Shown here in pieces: positions 1 to 7,626 of a stretch of DNA of 11,931 nucleotides (positions are counted from its first letter, which is position 1; each line of letters begins with the position of its first letter). The position numbers and the translations under genes were made by a program. Source of the DNA: Verrucomicrobiota bacterium (GTDB lineage Bacteria; Verrucomicrobiota; Verrucomicrobiia; Chthoniobacterales; UBA6821). The notes beneath the pieces were generated by a model. It searched no databases and had not been told where the DNA came from. It was given only the letters and a program-made list of their open reading frames with translations. The DNA lies in the NCBI GenBank assembly GCA_008932965.1, contig WBXG01000055.1, positions 1 through 11,931 on the forward strand. Reading direction: 5' to 3'.

Positions 1-155
1 CGTGACGAGGAGGCCGCGAAAGCTGATGGGGCAAGGCGAGCGATGAAGTCTGACGACGGCTGTGTGTGTACACACTGCCCGAGGAAGACTTCGAGATCAA
101 AGCAGAATCCATCTGACTTCCCGGTTTCCGCAGTAGATTGGGATGAAATATTCGG
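1..155 (+). repeat. intergenic palindromic repeat element, copy A (left end truncated by window edge)
   Basis: Hand alignment of positions 1-155 to 4022-4176 is gapless with 23 mismatches (about 85% identity). It ends with a degenerate right terminal repeat GATGAAATATTCGG (142-155), 12/14 matches to TATGAAATATCCGG. The element lies 16 nt beyond the kamA stop codon. Confidence 0.9.
58..79 (+). other. apical hairpin of repeat copy A (GGCTGTGTGTGTACACACTGCC)
   Basis: The stem is G58-C79, G59-C78, C60-G77, T61/T76 mismatch, G62-C75, T63-A74, G64-C73 and onward. The upper stem is a GTGTGT/ACACAC palindrome. Confidence 0.7.
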
Positions 156-171
156 GCTAGCTTTCATCATC

Positions 172-1323
172 TCATGAGATTTCGGGGTACTCAAATAGTT
201 TCCCCTCATAATTACGAAGCACTACTTTTTCTTTGTCGTGTGAAATAAGATAATTGGGATTGATAGGTACTTTGCCTCCCCCCCCTGGAGCATCGATCAC
301 AAACTGGGGAATGGCATATCCTGTTGTGTGTCCGCGGAGCCCCTCCATGATTTCAATTCCCTTCGCTACGGAAGTTCGTAAATGAGCTGATCCATAGATG
401 AGATCGCACTGGTAGAGGTAGTAGGGACGAACGCGGCACTGAAGCAGTTTTTGAATCAGTGATTTCATGACAGGAATGCTGTCATTGACTTTTGAAAGTA
501 GAACACTCTGATTACCAATGGGAATACCATGGTTGGCAAGTCGTTCGAGCGCTTCACGGACTTCTATGGTGAGTTCGCATGGGTGATTGGTATGCACACT
601 CATCCAGAGGGGATGATACTTTTGTAACATCTGGCATAAAGCAGGAGTGATCCGTTGTGGTAAGAAAATAGGAACACGGGTTCCAATGCGAAGAAACTCA
701 ATGTGAGGGATTGCACGTAGACGAGAAAGAATTTTTTCTAATTTATCATCAGAAAAAAGTAGAGGGTCTCCTCCTGAAAGCAGTACATCACGAACTTCAT
801 CATGCTTTTGAAGATAGTCAAAGGCTTGCTCAAATTCTGTATGCAACTCTTGTTCTCCAGCACCACTCACCACCCGAGATCGAGTGCAATAGCGGCAATA
901 AGAGGCACAGCGATCTGTGATTAAAAAATTCACTCGATCAGGATAACGGTGTACTAGCCCTGGAACAGGCATATGTGCATCCTCTCCGCAAGGATCAGCT
1001 ACTTCTGAAGGATGATGATGGGATTCCTCGAGCCGAGGAATCACCTGGCGACGAATCGGTCCATCAGGATCATCGAGTTCAATGAGATTGAAATAATGGG
1101 GTGTGATCGACATGGCAAGCTTATGAGCTGAAAGAATCACACCTGCTCGTTCTTCAGAGGAGAGACGAAGACGTTTCTCAAGTCCCTCCAAGGTGCTCAC
1201 CCGATTTTTTAACTGCCAGCGCCAATCATTCCATTCTTCTTGAGTTGCCTCAGGCCAATGACCGGGAGCATGCGAAACAAAGGGGCGATTCACATTAGGA
1301 GAAGTTGGCAATGAAGGAATCAT
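172..1323 (-). CDS. kamA: KamA-family radical SAM enzyme (lysine 2,3-aminomutase-like)
   Basis: 383-aa ORF. It has the radical-SAM cluster motif CASYCRYCTRS (CxxxCxxC), an SGGDPLL SAM-binding-like motif, and DAPGGGGKVPI matching the PLP-lysine motif of true lysine 2,3-aminomutases (EpmB/YjeK lacks it). The N-terminus has the W..W.WQLKNR motif typical of KamA. It is shorter than the clostridial and Bacillus enzymes (416-471 aa) and appears to lack the C-terminal Cys-rich tail. A possible GAGG lies 11 nt upstream of the ATG. Confidence 0.85.
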   Translation of the reverse strand: MIPSLPTSPNVNRPFVSHAPGHWPEATQEEWNDWRWQLKNRVSTLEGLEKRLRLSSEERAGVILSAHKLAMSITPHYFNLIELDDPDGPIRRQVIPRLEESHHHPSEVADPCGEDAHMPVPGLVHRYPDRVNFLITDRCASYCRYCTRSRVVSGAGEQELHTEFEQAFDYLQKHDEVRDVLLSGGDPLLFSDDKLEKILSRLRAIPHIEFLRIGTRVPIFLPQRITPALCQMLQKYHPLWMSVHTNHPCELTIEVREALERLANHGIPIGNQSVLLSKVNDSIPVMKSLIQKLLQCRVRPYYLYQCDLIYGSAHLRTSVAKGIEIMEGLRGHTTGYAIPQFVIDAPGGGGKVPINPNYLISHDKEKVVLRNYEGKLFEYPEIS

Positions 1324-1417
1324 AGAAAGTTAGACCTCAAGAATTTTGCTTAGCTTTATGCATTCATAGTAGGCTAAGTAACATTCTTCCTCCCGCCTTG
1401 ATCCAACCCTAATTATT

Positions 1418-2239
1418 TCATTCAGATTTTGCAAGAGCTAGCGTTGGATCATTATTTAAATTAGCTCTCAGGAAAGGGAGTGTTTCCGGCAAAACTAAAT
1501 AAAGATTATTTTTGATTTGTAGACTAATATCGAGCTTTTCAGCCGAAAGGTCTAGCAGATGTCCACCATGCTTACAATCTTCGCTTAGAAAGTGAAAGTG
1601 ATAACCGTTTATACCAATACCTCTTGAAAATTGTGGAGACCAAAATCCCACTAATGTTCCATAAACATTTGTGAGGTCTAACTCAAGTTGGCTATCAGTT
1701 ACAGTTACAAGATGCATTGGAAATCGTGTCTTGGCAAGAGAGCGAAATTTAACTCTCTCGAATAACCCATTAATCCGGTATGCCACGAAGATGTTTTTAC
1801 TTAAACACATCTTGTCTAACTGAGCTTTTAGATTACCCCAACTAGAAACTTTATTGATAGATCTCCTCTCAGTAGCTTTAAAATTAGTTACAACCCAAAA
1901 AGGAGTCTTTATCTCATCTGGAGCACGATTGACTGATCCATCAGAGCAAGCCTGCCAGCAGATTCCATCCAGAAGAATTCCCTCTCCATCAAAACCATCA
2001 AAAGTACCGAGACCAAAATCACCAAGACGACATATATCTCTAACAGCTACATAGCCTTCGATCACACCTTCAACTAGTGCCACAGAGGTAGAAATCTGGT
2101 AAATAGTATGATGCTTGATATCAAAAAAATCAGCTAATGCTGCTGAAAAAACGTCTTCAAGGCGTTCCCCAGTTTTATCGCAATGCTCTTGAAGAATATT
2201 CCAAGGACCATCTTCAATTCTAAAGTTTAGTTCATGCAT
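1418..2239 (-). CDS. alsD: alpha-acetolactate decarboxylase
   Basis: 273-aa ORF with family hallmarks: IYQISTSVALVEGVIEGY, GDFGLGTFDGFDGEGILLDG, GYHFHFLSEDCKHGGHLLD (metal-binding His cluster) and a NLNNDP tail. These align by eye to B. subtilis AlsD and Klebsiella BudA. It lies 39 nt downstream of alsS, in operon arrangement. The N-terminal lead-in before the IYQIST core is about 45 aa, somewhat longer than in Bacillus, and no alternative ATG is available. Confidence 0.9.
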   Translation of the reverse strand: MHELNFRIEDGPWNILQEHCDKTGERLEDVFSAALADFFDIKHHTIYQISTSVALVEGVIEGYVAVRDICRLGDFGLGTFDGFDGEGILLDGICWQACSDGSVNRAPDEIKTPFWVVTNFKATERRSINKVSSWGNLKAQLDKMCLSKNIFVAYRINGLFERVKFRSLAKTRFPMHLVTVTDSQLELDLTNVYGTLVGFWSPQFSRGIGINGYHFHFLSEDCKHGGHLLDLSAEKLDISLQIKNNLYLVLPETLPFLRANLNNDPTLALAKSE

Positions 2240-2278
2240 ATTGACACAAAAAGTAAGATTTTAATTTGAAGCTTTGAA

Positions 2279-3922
2279 TTAATGAATGAAATCTTGAGCA
2301 GCATTCTTCATCAATTTGATATTCTGTGAATAGTCAATTGGAATATCAATGAGAACTGGTACTGGTTGAGCAAGTGACTCTTTGAGAAGATCTCCTAGCT
2401 GATCAGCTTTAGTAATCCTATAACCTTTACAACCAAAAGATTTTGCAAAATACTCGACGTCATAATAACCTAGTTTCACTCCTGCCGTGCGTCCATATTT
2501 ATCCTGTTCCTGAATGGCTACCATATCGTAGGATTCACTGTTCCAGATAAGGTGAACAAAGCGACTGCCTATTCTCTTTGCAGTTTCAAGTTCTGTTGCA
2601 GTAAAGAGAAAACCTCCGTCTCCTGAAACTGAAATTACGGGTCTTCCAGGTCTTGCAAGATTAGCTGCCATGGCCCATGGAATAGAGACTCCAAGAGTCT
2701 GTTGCCCATTACTCACGAGGAGTTGACGAGAATACTCTTCTGGAAGGTAGCGACTCATCCAGATATAGTGAGATCCAGTATCCACAGCGACAGTAGTCTC
2801 AGGAGTAATTACTTGCTTGAGCTCATGAATGACCCTTAGTGGGTGGACCGGCATGCCATTCATCGTTGCTCCCTCAGCTACTTTGGCTGCAATTTCAACT
2901 GCATCATTGTTAGCACTACGGAGAAAAGCTGGATCAATGTCAATTTTTATGAGAGGGAGAAGAGCACGTAGTGTTTCAGTTAAATTACCAATTAGTTCAA
3001 CAGAGGGTAAAAAAGCACGATCTTGCTTAGCTGGTTCCACATCGATGAAGACTATAGGTCTTGAATTCGCCTGATTCCAGAGACTAGGATCGAGCTCAAT
3101 TGGATCGAATCCAATGGTAATCACGCAGTCAGCAGTATTGAGAAGATGATCGGATGGTTGATTGCAAAAAATCCCGACTCGACCAACAAAATTTTGAGGA
3201 GCAGCCCATGATCCTGGGCCCTGTAAAGTAGAGCAGTAAGGTATACCTGAAGACTTGAAAAAAAACTCTAAGACTTTGGCCAGGCTAGGATCAGAGGCCT
3301 CCATTCCTGCTAAAACTATCGGTTTACGGGAAGAATTTATTACATCAATAGCACCCTCTAATTCGCTTCGAGCAGGCAAACTTGTTGGTACATAGCGCCC
3401 CCAAGTCAGATCAATATCACCAGGAAAATCGGCAAGCCCAATATCCTTAGGTAATCCAAGGAAAGCTGCCCCACGTCTTCCTCTCTCAGCTGCTCTAATA
3501 GCATTACCCAATATCTCCGGCAAATCATGAACCGAAAGAGCAGATTGAGCAAACTTCGTAACGGATCTTAAAACTGATACACTCTCGAGACACTGATGTG
3601 TGTGCTTATAGCGATCATCAAGAGAAACTTCTCCTCCTATAGCCAAGACCGGATCTCCTTCGGATGTTGCAGTTGCTAAGCCAGTAACAAGGTTAGTAAC
3701 ACCAGGACCTGACGTTACAAGACAGACGCCTATCTTTCCTGTTATTTTGCCAACAGCTTGAGCCATAAAGGCAGCATTCTGTTCATGGCGGCAGAGGACC
3801 AATTCAATAGAAGAATCGAGAAGAGCAATAAATACAGAATCTATTTTTGCTCCAGGGATTCCAAAGATATGGGTGACTCCGTGGTTTTCAAGTATTCGCA
3901 CTAAGGCTTGAGCTCCATTCAT
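2279..3922 (-). CDS. alsS: catabolic acetolactate synthase (TPP-dependent, AlsS/BudB type)
   Basis: 547-aa ORF. It aligns by eye along its whole length to B. subtilis AlsS: GIPGAKIDSVF, RHEQNAAFMAQAVGKITGK, VTSGPGVTNLVTGLATATSEGDPVLA, GRVGIFCNQPSDHLL, GSHYIWMSRY, and the TPP motif GDGGFLFTATELETA...IWN. It sits directly upstream of alsD and there is no small regulatory subunit gene, which fits the catabolic rather than the IlvB type. Confidence 0.92.
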   Translation of the reverse strand: MNGAQALVRILENHGVTHIFGIPGAKIDSVFIALLDSSIELVLCRHEQNAAFMAQAVGKITGKIGVCLVTSGPGVTNLVTGLATATSEGDPVLAIGGEVSLDDRYKHTHQCLESVSVLRSVTKFAQSALSVHDLPEILGNAIRAAERGRRGAAFLGLPKDIGLADFPGDIDLTWGRYVPTSLPARSELEGAIDVINSSRKPIVLAGMEASDPSLAKVLEFFFKSSGIPYCSTLQGPGSWAAPQNFVGRVGIFCNQPSDHLLNTADCVITIGFDPIELDPSLWNQANSRPIVFIDVEPAKQDRAFLPSVELIGNLTETLRALLPLIKIDIDPAFLRSANNDAVEIAAKVAEGATMNGMPVHPLRVIHELKQVITPETTVAVDTGSHYIWMSRYLPEEYSRQLLVSNGQQTLGVSIPWAMAANLARPGRPVISVSGDGGFLFTATELETAKRIGSRFVHLIWNSESYDMVAIQEQDKYGRTAGVKLGYYDVEYFAKSFGCKGYRITKADQLGDLLKESLAQPVPVLIDIPIDYSQNIKLMKNAAQDFIH

Positions 3923-3956
3923 AAGAAAAGGTTTTTTTGGTTATGATTTACTTGTG

Positions 3957-3986
3957 ATAATGAAATGATTTTTTTTCAATTTGCAA
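3957..3986 (-). promoter_or_regulatory. possible sigma70-like promoter for alsS-alsD (TTGCAA-N18-CATTAT)
   Basis: On the minus strand, TTGCAA (3986-3981) is followed after 18 nt by CATTAT (3962-3957), about 35 nt upstream of the alsS ATG in an AT-rich spacer. This is a motif match only. The spacer is one nt longer than optimal and the -10 matches 4/6. Confidence 0.2.
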
Positions 3987-4002
3987 TCATAATAAATTTA
4001 AC

Positions 4003-4016
4003 CCGGATATTTCATA
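4003..4016 (+). repeat. left terminal inverted repeat of copy B (CCGGATATTTCATA)
   Basis: Exact reverse complement of 4163-4176. The same 14-mer occurs at 11777-11790 as the left end of copy C. Confidence 0.95.
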
Positions 4017-4078
4017 CTGATCGTAACGAGAAAATCGCGAAGGCTGATGGGGCAAGGCGAGCGATAAAGTCTGACGAC

Positions 4079-4100
4079 GGCTGTATGAGTCCCTACTGCC
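4079..4100 (+). other. apical hairpin of repeat copy B (GGCTGTA-tgagtccc-TACTGCC)
   Basis: The stem has the same GGC/GCC base, the same T/T mismatch (4082/4097), then G-C, T-A and A4085-T4094. The 8-nt loop is tgagtccc. Confidence 0.7.
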
Positions 4101-4162
4101 CGAGGAAGACTTCGAGATCAACGCAGTATCCATCTGGCTTCGCGGTCTTCGCAGGTGATTGA

Positions 4163-4176
4163 TATGAAATATCCGG
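4163..4176 (+). repeat. right terminal inverted repeat of copy B (TATGAAATATCCGG)
   Basis: Exact reverse complement of 4003-4016. The counterpart in copy A at 142-155 matches 12/14. Confidence 0.95.
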
Positions 4177-4199
4177 ATTGATCCTTATAAAGTGGACTC

Positions 4200-5186
4200 T
4201 CATTCTCCAAAATGTTTGCCAGTTAGTAAATAGTTACAAACATAGTCTTCAACAGACTCTTCTAATGAGAGGATCGGCTCTTGATAGCCGGTTGCACGCA
4301 ATCGTGTGATATCAGCACAGGTATGATATTGATATTGGTTTCGAATTTTTTCTGGCATCTCAATAAAGTCAATCTCTGGCTTACGATTCAAAGCTGTAAA
4401 GAGAGCATGAGCGAGATCCAACCAGGAGCGTGCTACCCCTGATCCAATATTAAAAAGGCCATGAGCATGTTGGGTCTTTGCTAAATGCAAGGTCATCTTC
4501 ACCGCATCACAAACATAAATAAAATCCCTCTCTTGCTTTCCATCTCCATATTCTGGGAGGTAACTTTTAAAGAGGGCCATCTTTCCGGTATCACGAATTT
4601 GTTCGTAGGCTTTACAAACAAGACTACGCATTTCTTGTTTATGGTCTTCGTTAGGGCCAAAAACATTGAAGTATTTGAGCCCAACAATGCGATCTAACCA
4701 TCCATGCTCGCGAGCATAGAGATCAAAGAGATGTTTTGACTCACCATACAAATTCAATGGATGTAATTGATCCAAATCTTCTATCTCATCCCTCATTCCA
4801 GCAGAACCATCTCCATAGGTCGCAGCCGAGCTCGCGTAGACAAATCGTACATCTCTTTTAAGTGCCCAGTGAGCAAGAGTCTTAGTATACTCAAAATTAT
4901 TTTTCATGAGATAATCTCGATTGGTCTCTGTGGTGGAGGAACAGGCTCCCAGATGAAAAATAGTCTTAATATCACGGAGTGAATCACCGTTATTTTTTAG
5001 TTCGTAAAGCAGTTCCTCTGCCGAAAGATATTGAGAGTACTTTAAGGGCTCGAGATGGGCCTGTTTCTGAAGATCGAGAAGAGCATCTGTCACAAGAATT
5101 TTATGTTCTCCTTGTTGATTAAGTGCATGGACGAGAGCACTCCCAATAAAGCCGGCCCCACCAGTAACTATAATTTCCGAATGCAT
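4200..5186 (-). CDS. hldD: ADP-L-glycero-D-manno-heptose 6-epimerase
   Basis: 328-aa SDR-type ORF with Rossmann motif IIVTGGAGFIGS, then FHLGACSSTTE, YASSAATYG and the catalytic YGESK. FNVFGPNEDHK and the C-terminal Y..H.CADITRLRATGY match E. coli HldD (RfaD) block for block. Confidence 0.9.
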   Translation of the reverse strand: MHSEIIVTGGAGFIGSALVHALNQQGEHKILVTDALLDLQKQAHLEPLKYSQYLSAEELLYELKNNGDSLRDIKTIFHLGACSSTTETNRDYLMKNNFEYTKTLAHWALKRDVRFVYASSAATYGDGSAGMRDEIEDLDQLHPLNLYGESKHLFDLYAREHGWLDRIVGLKYFNVFGPNEDHKQEMRSLVCKAYEQIRDTGKMALFKSYLPEYGDGKQERDFIYVCDAVKMTLHLAKTQHAHGLFNIGSGVARSWLDLAHALFTALNRKPEIDFIEMPEKIRNQYQYHTCADITRLRATGYQEPILSLEESVEDYVCNYLLTGKHFGE

Positions 5187-5271
5187 AAAATAACGATTAA
5201 AGTATTAGTCTAAAAACGTAAATCCAAATGGAAACAAGCGCCTCATGACAGTGCAATAAGAAATATCGAGC

Positions 5272-7572
5272 CTAGCGAAGTGATTTTCCGCTCCACCTCG
5301 ACCACCAGAGGACAATAGGGGAAGCCACAAAAATGGAGGAATAGGTCCCAACTAAAATTCCAAGAAGGATGGCAAAAGCAAAATCCTTGAGAACTGCTCC
5401 ACCAAAAAAGAAGAGGGCAGAAACAGACAGAAGGGTCAACCCACCTGTAAGCATGGTTCGTCCGAGAGTTTCATTAATACTGCGATTCATGAGCTCTTGA
5501 ACCGTTCCTGCCTCCTTGTGATGAAGTCCTTCACGAATGCGATCGTAGACCACAATCGTATCATTAATAGAATAACCCGCGATGGTCAAAATAGCTCCTA
5601 CCATTACCAGAGAGAGCTCCCCACCAAGGAGAGAAAAAAGACCGACCGTAATCACTACGTCGTGCAAGAGGGCCACGAGTGCACCGATAGCAAAAGAGAG
5701 TCCGAAACGCAGAGAGACATAAACTAAAATCCCAAACATTCCAAAGGCGAGTGCCATGAGCGCTTTGCGAGCAAATTCTCGACCAATCTGGGCTCCTACT
5801 TTGTCCTCCTGCACAGCGACGATGTGATTTGCAGGAAATGTTTTTCTAAGCGAAGAGAGAATTTTATTGGAACTATTTTCAGGGCTACGAATAGAGAGCA
5901 TCGAAGCGCTACTAGCCTGCTCCCGTTGAATCGTTATTTCACTTAATCCTAAAGGCACAAGAGCTTGTCTTACTTGAGCAACAGCAAGTGCAGGCTCAGC
6001 ACTCAATACCAAAAGATCTCCCCCACGAAAATCGATTCCAAAATTACGAGCCCCACGGTTTGAAAAAACAACACATGATCCCAGAATCAACACCAATGAG
6101 ACAAGGATAGCCAGATGACGGTAGCGCAAAAAGTTCCATTGTTTTTTGGGGGCTAGGTTGGCCATTGTTAACTTGCGAAGCCCCCCTTTTGTGATCATCC
6201 AACGGAAGAGGGTACGTGTAAAAAGAATAGCAGAAAACATCGAAGCAATCACTCCAAGCACAAGGGTAATGGAAAACCCACGCACCGGTCCTGTGGCCTG
6301 CCAAAAAAGGATTCCTGCTGTGATCAGTGTAGTGACATTGGCATCGAAAATAGCACTGAATGCTTTGCTATAGGCTCCTTGAATAGCAACACCGAGTGAT
6401 TTTCCAGTGGCCATTTCTTCACGCAAGCGTTCATAGAGAAGAACATTGGAATCGACGGCAAGACCAATCGTTAAAATAATTCCAGCAATACCAGGTAAAG
6501 TCAGTACAAAATGAAATAAGGTCATCATTCCAAAAAGCAAAATAATATTGATCCCAAGCCCGAACAACGCCACAAGACCAGCTAGGCGATAATAGATAAA
6601 CACAAAAACCATCACGAGCGCTAGACCCGCCATGCCTGAGAGAACTCCTGCTCGAATTGAGTCTGCTCCGAGTGTTGGAGAAACACTCCGGGTCTCCTCG
6701 ATCTCGACTGGTGTTCTTAGGGGGTTTTCAAGAGCACTTGCTAGCTCCCGTGCCTCTTTGTCATGAAAATGTCCGGTGATCTGGGCCTGCCCTCCAGCAA
6801 TAGCATTTTTAACCTCTGGAGCACTTTGAATTTTTCCATCCAAAAGAATAGCAAGACGACCATGATTGGGGGCAAGGGCTGAAGTGACCTCAAAAAAGGT
6901 AGCAGCTCCAACACCATCAAAGGAGAGTGAGACCCCATAACCTCCTTGGTCAAAAAAAGCAAAGGCCTTGGTCACATGATCTCCAGTGAGGTCTGCCGTT
7001 TTTTTGACAATTAAACGCGGTAGAGGCTGTGCAGAATCCTCTTTAGGTGCTGCAGGAACGATATAACTTTTGATCTCATAACCAGGAGGCATGAGAGCCT
7101 CTCCTTTTTCTATTTTTTTGATGAGTTCCTCTCCTCCAGGATAGACCTGAGAAAATTCTAGTTTTGCAACTCGTTTTAATGTCTCACGCGTTGCTTGAAT
7201 TTGAGCAGGATCAAGGCCTGGGATCTGAACAAGAATGCGCTCGGAACCTTGCGGTGCAATCACCGGCTCCCCTACCCCAAACTGATCCACTCGCTTACGA
7301 ATCACCTCAACTGCTTGCTCGAGCATATCAGTCGTGATTTTTTGCCCAGGCTGAGGAACAAGACGAAGCAAAAAAGAGGTTCCTCCACGCAAATCTAAAC
7401 CTAACCGGATCTTCTGTGAGGGAGGGACCGTTGATTCCAAGCAAAAACCGACAAGCAAAAGGGTCAAAAGAAGACCAATCCAACGTTTGCGAACTTCACG
7501 CTCCGTGAGAAAGTACCAGGCAAAAAGGCCTAATAAACAAAGGCCTGAAAAAAACACAAAAAGAGGGCTCAT
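5272..7572 (-). CDS. secDF: protein translocase subunit SecDF (fused SecD-SecF)
   Basis: 766-aa ORF. It has an N-terminal TM helix, then a periplasmic domain starting LGLDLRGG (SecD signature) and a TM bundle with GIAGIILTIGLAVDSNVLLYERLREE. A second unit follows with GIDFRGG and SINDTIVVYDRIRE (SecF signatures). This is the two-module architecture of fused SecDF proteins. Confidence 0.92.
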   Translation of the reverse strand: MSPLFVFFSGLCLLGLFAWYFLTEREVRKRWIGLLLTLLLVGFCLESTVPPSQKIRLGLDLRGGTSFLLRLVPQPGQKITTDMLEQAVEVIRKRVDQFGVGEPVIAPQGSERILVQIPGLDPAQIQATRETLKRVAKLEFSQVYPGGEELIKKIEKGEALMPPGYEIKSYIVPAAPKEDSAQPLPRLIVKKTADLTGDHVTKAFAFFDQGGYGVSLSFDGVGAATFFEVTSALAPNHGRLAILLDGKIQSAPEVKNAIAGGQAQITGHFHDKEARELASALENPLRTPVEIEETRSVSPTLGADSIRAGVLSGMAGLALVMVFVFIYYRLAGLVALFGLGINIILLFGMMTLFHFVLTLPGIAGIILTIGLAVDSNVLLYERLREEMATGKSLGVAIQGAYSKAFSAIFDANVTTLITAGILFWQATGPVRGFSITLVLGVIASMFSAILFTRTLFRWMITKGGLRKLTMANLAPKKQWNFLRYRHLAILVSLVLILGSCVVFSNRGARNFGIDFRGGDLLVLSAEPALAVAQVRQALVPLGLSEITIQREQASSASMLSIRSPENSSNKILSSLRKTFPANHIVAVQEDKVGAQIGREFARKALMALAFGMFGILVYVSLRFGLSFAIGALVALLHDVVITVGLFSLLGGELSLVMVGAILTIAGYSINDTIVVYDRIREGLHHKEAGTVQELMNRSINETLGRTMLTGGLTLLSVSALFFFGGAVLKDFAFAILLGILVGTYSSIFVASPIVLWWSRWSGKSLR

Positions 7573-7626
7573 AAAAAAGATTTTTAACTCTACACCAAGT
7601 CATGAGGAGAAACAAGAATGATTCGC

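Larger units (their letters stand above)
4003..4176 (+). repeat. intergenic palindromic repeat element, copy B (complete, 174 bp)
   Basis: It is bounded by perfect 14-bp inverted repeats (4003-4016 and 4163-4176). The interior is self-complementary: 4036-4050 CGCGAAGGCTGATGG pairs with 4130-4144 CCATCTGGCTTCGCG (13/15), and 4067-4072 AAGTCT pairs with 4107-4112 AGACTT. The apical hairpin is 4079-4085 with 4094-4100. The element lies between the hldD stop (23 nt away) and the alsS start. Confidence 0.93.

Noticed and set aside
711-920. Short ORFs nested in or antisense to the large genes: 711-920, 1854-2054, 2829-3074, 4485-4697, 4499-4687, 4767-4982, 5497-5727, 6044-6304, 6146-6373, 6741-6962, 7195-7398, 8190-8432, 8893-9375, 9036-9236, 9447-9641, 9926-10120, 10344-10559, 10395-10622, 10795-11046 and 10950-11144.
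   Set aside because: Each lies wholly inside a long ORF that has strong family motifs. Their translations are low-complexity or Arg/Ser/Leu-rich, typical of off-frame reading, and I recognise no motifs in them.
1349-1378. An inverted repeat CTTAGC...GCTAAG, with inner TATG/CATA, lies in the alsD-kamA spacer as a possible terminator or operator.
   Set aside because: The stems are short and interrupted with a large loop, and no U-tract follows on the transcribed (minus) strand. This is not distinguishable from chance.
3965-4162. A 65-aa plus-strand ORF spans repeat copy B. The same reading frame is open in copy A (1-177), giving a similar peptide (..KADGARRA[IM]KSDDGC....CPRKTSRS..). I considered a small Cys-containing protein, a RiPP precursor next to the radical-SAM gene, or a type I toxin.
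   Set aside because: Of about 14 codon differences between copies A and B, only about 2 are synonymous. The variable 12 nt are explained by compensatory hairpin changes. Copy C has a 1-nt length change in the hairpin and an in-frame TGA at 11802-11804, so the frame is not preserved. The neighbouring radical-SAM protein carries the PLP-lysine motif of a true aminomutase, not a peptide-modifying SPASM-type enzyme. The open frame is most likely a by-product of a gapless, GC-balanced repeat.
3996-4176. Integron attC-like cassette boundaries. The elements are imperfect palindromes directly after ORFs, all in one orientation, and ATTTAAC (3996-4002) matches the RYYYAAC core.
   Set aside because: There is no GTTRRRY partner at the right end, and copy C has TTTTAGC at the equivalent position. 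The genes they separate (smc, secDF, hldD) are core housekeeping genes, and no intI is visible. The core match is probably chance in AT-rich DNA.
4003-4176. Retron msr-msd-like ncRNA, suggested by terminal inverted repeats enclosing long hairpins.
   Set aside because: There is no reverse transcriptase gene adjacent to any of the three copies. Retron ncRNAs are normally single-copy and sit next to their RT.
2240-7600. There is no Shine-Dalgarno sequence upstream of alsD, alsS, hldD and secDF, whose leaders are A/T-rich. Only weak GAGG or AGG matches occur before kamA and smc.
   Set aside because: This is a real observation, but SD-poor initiation is a known genome-wide trait of several bacterial phyla. 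It is a taxonomic hint, not a local anomaly.
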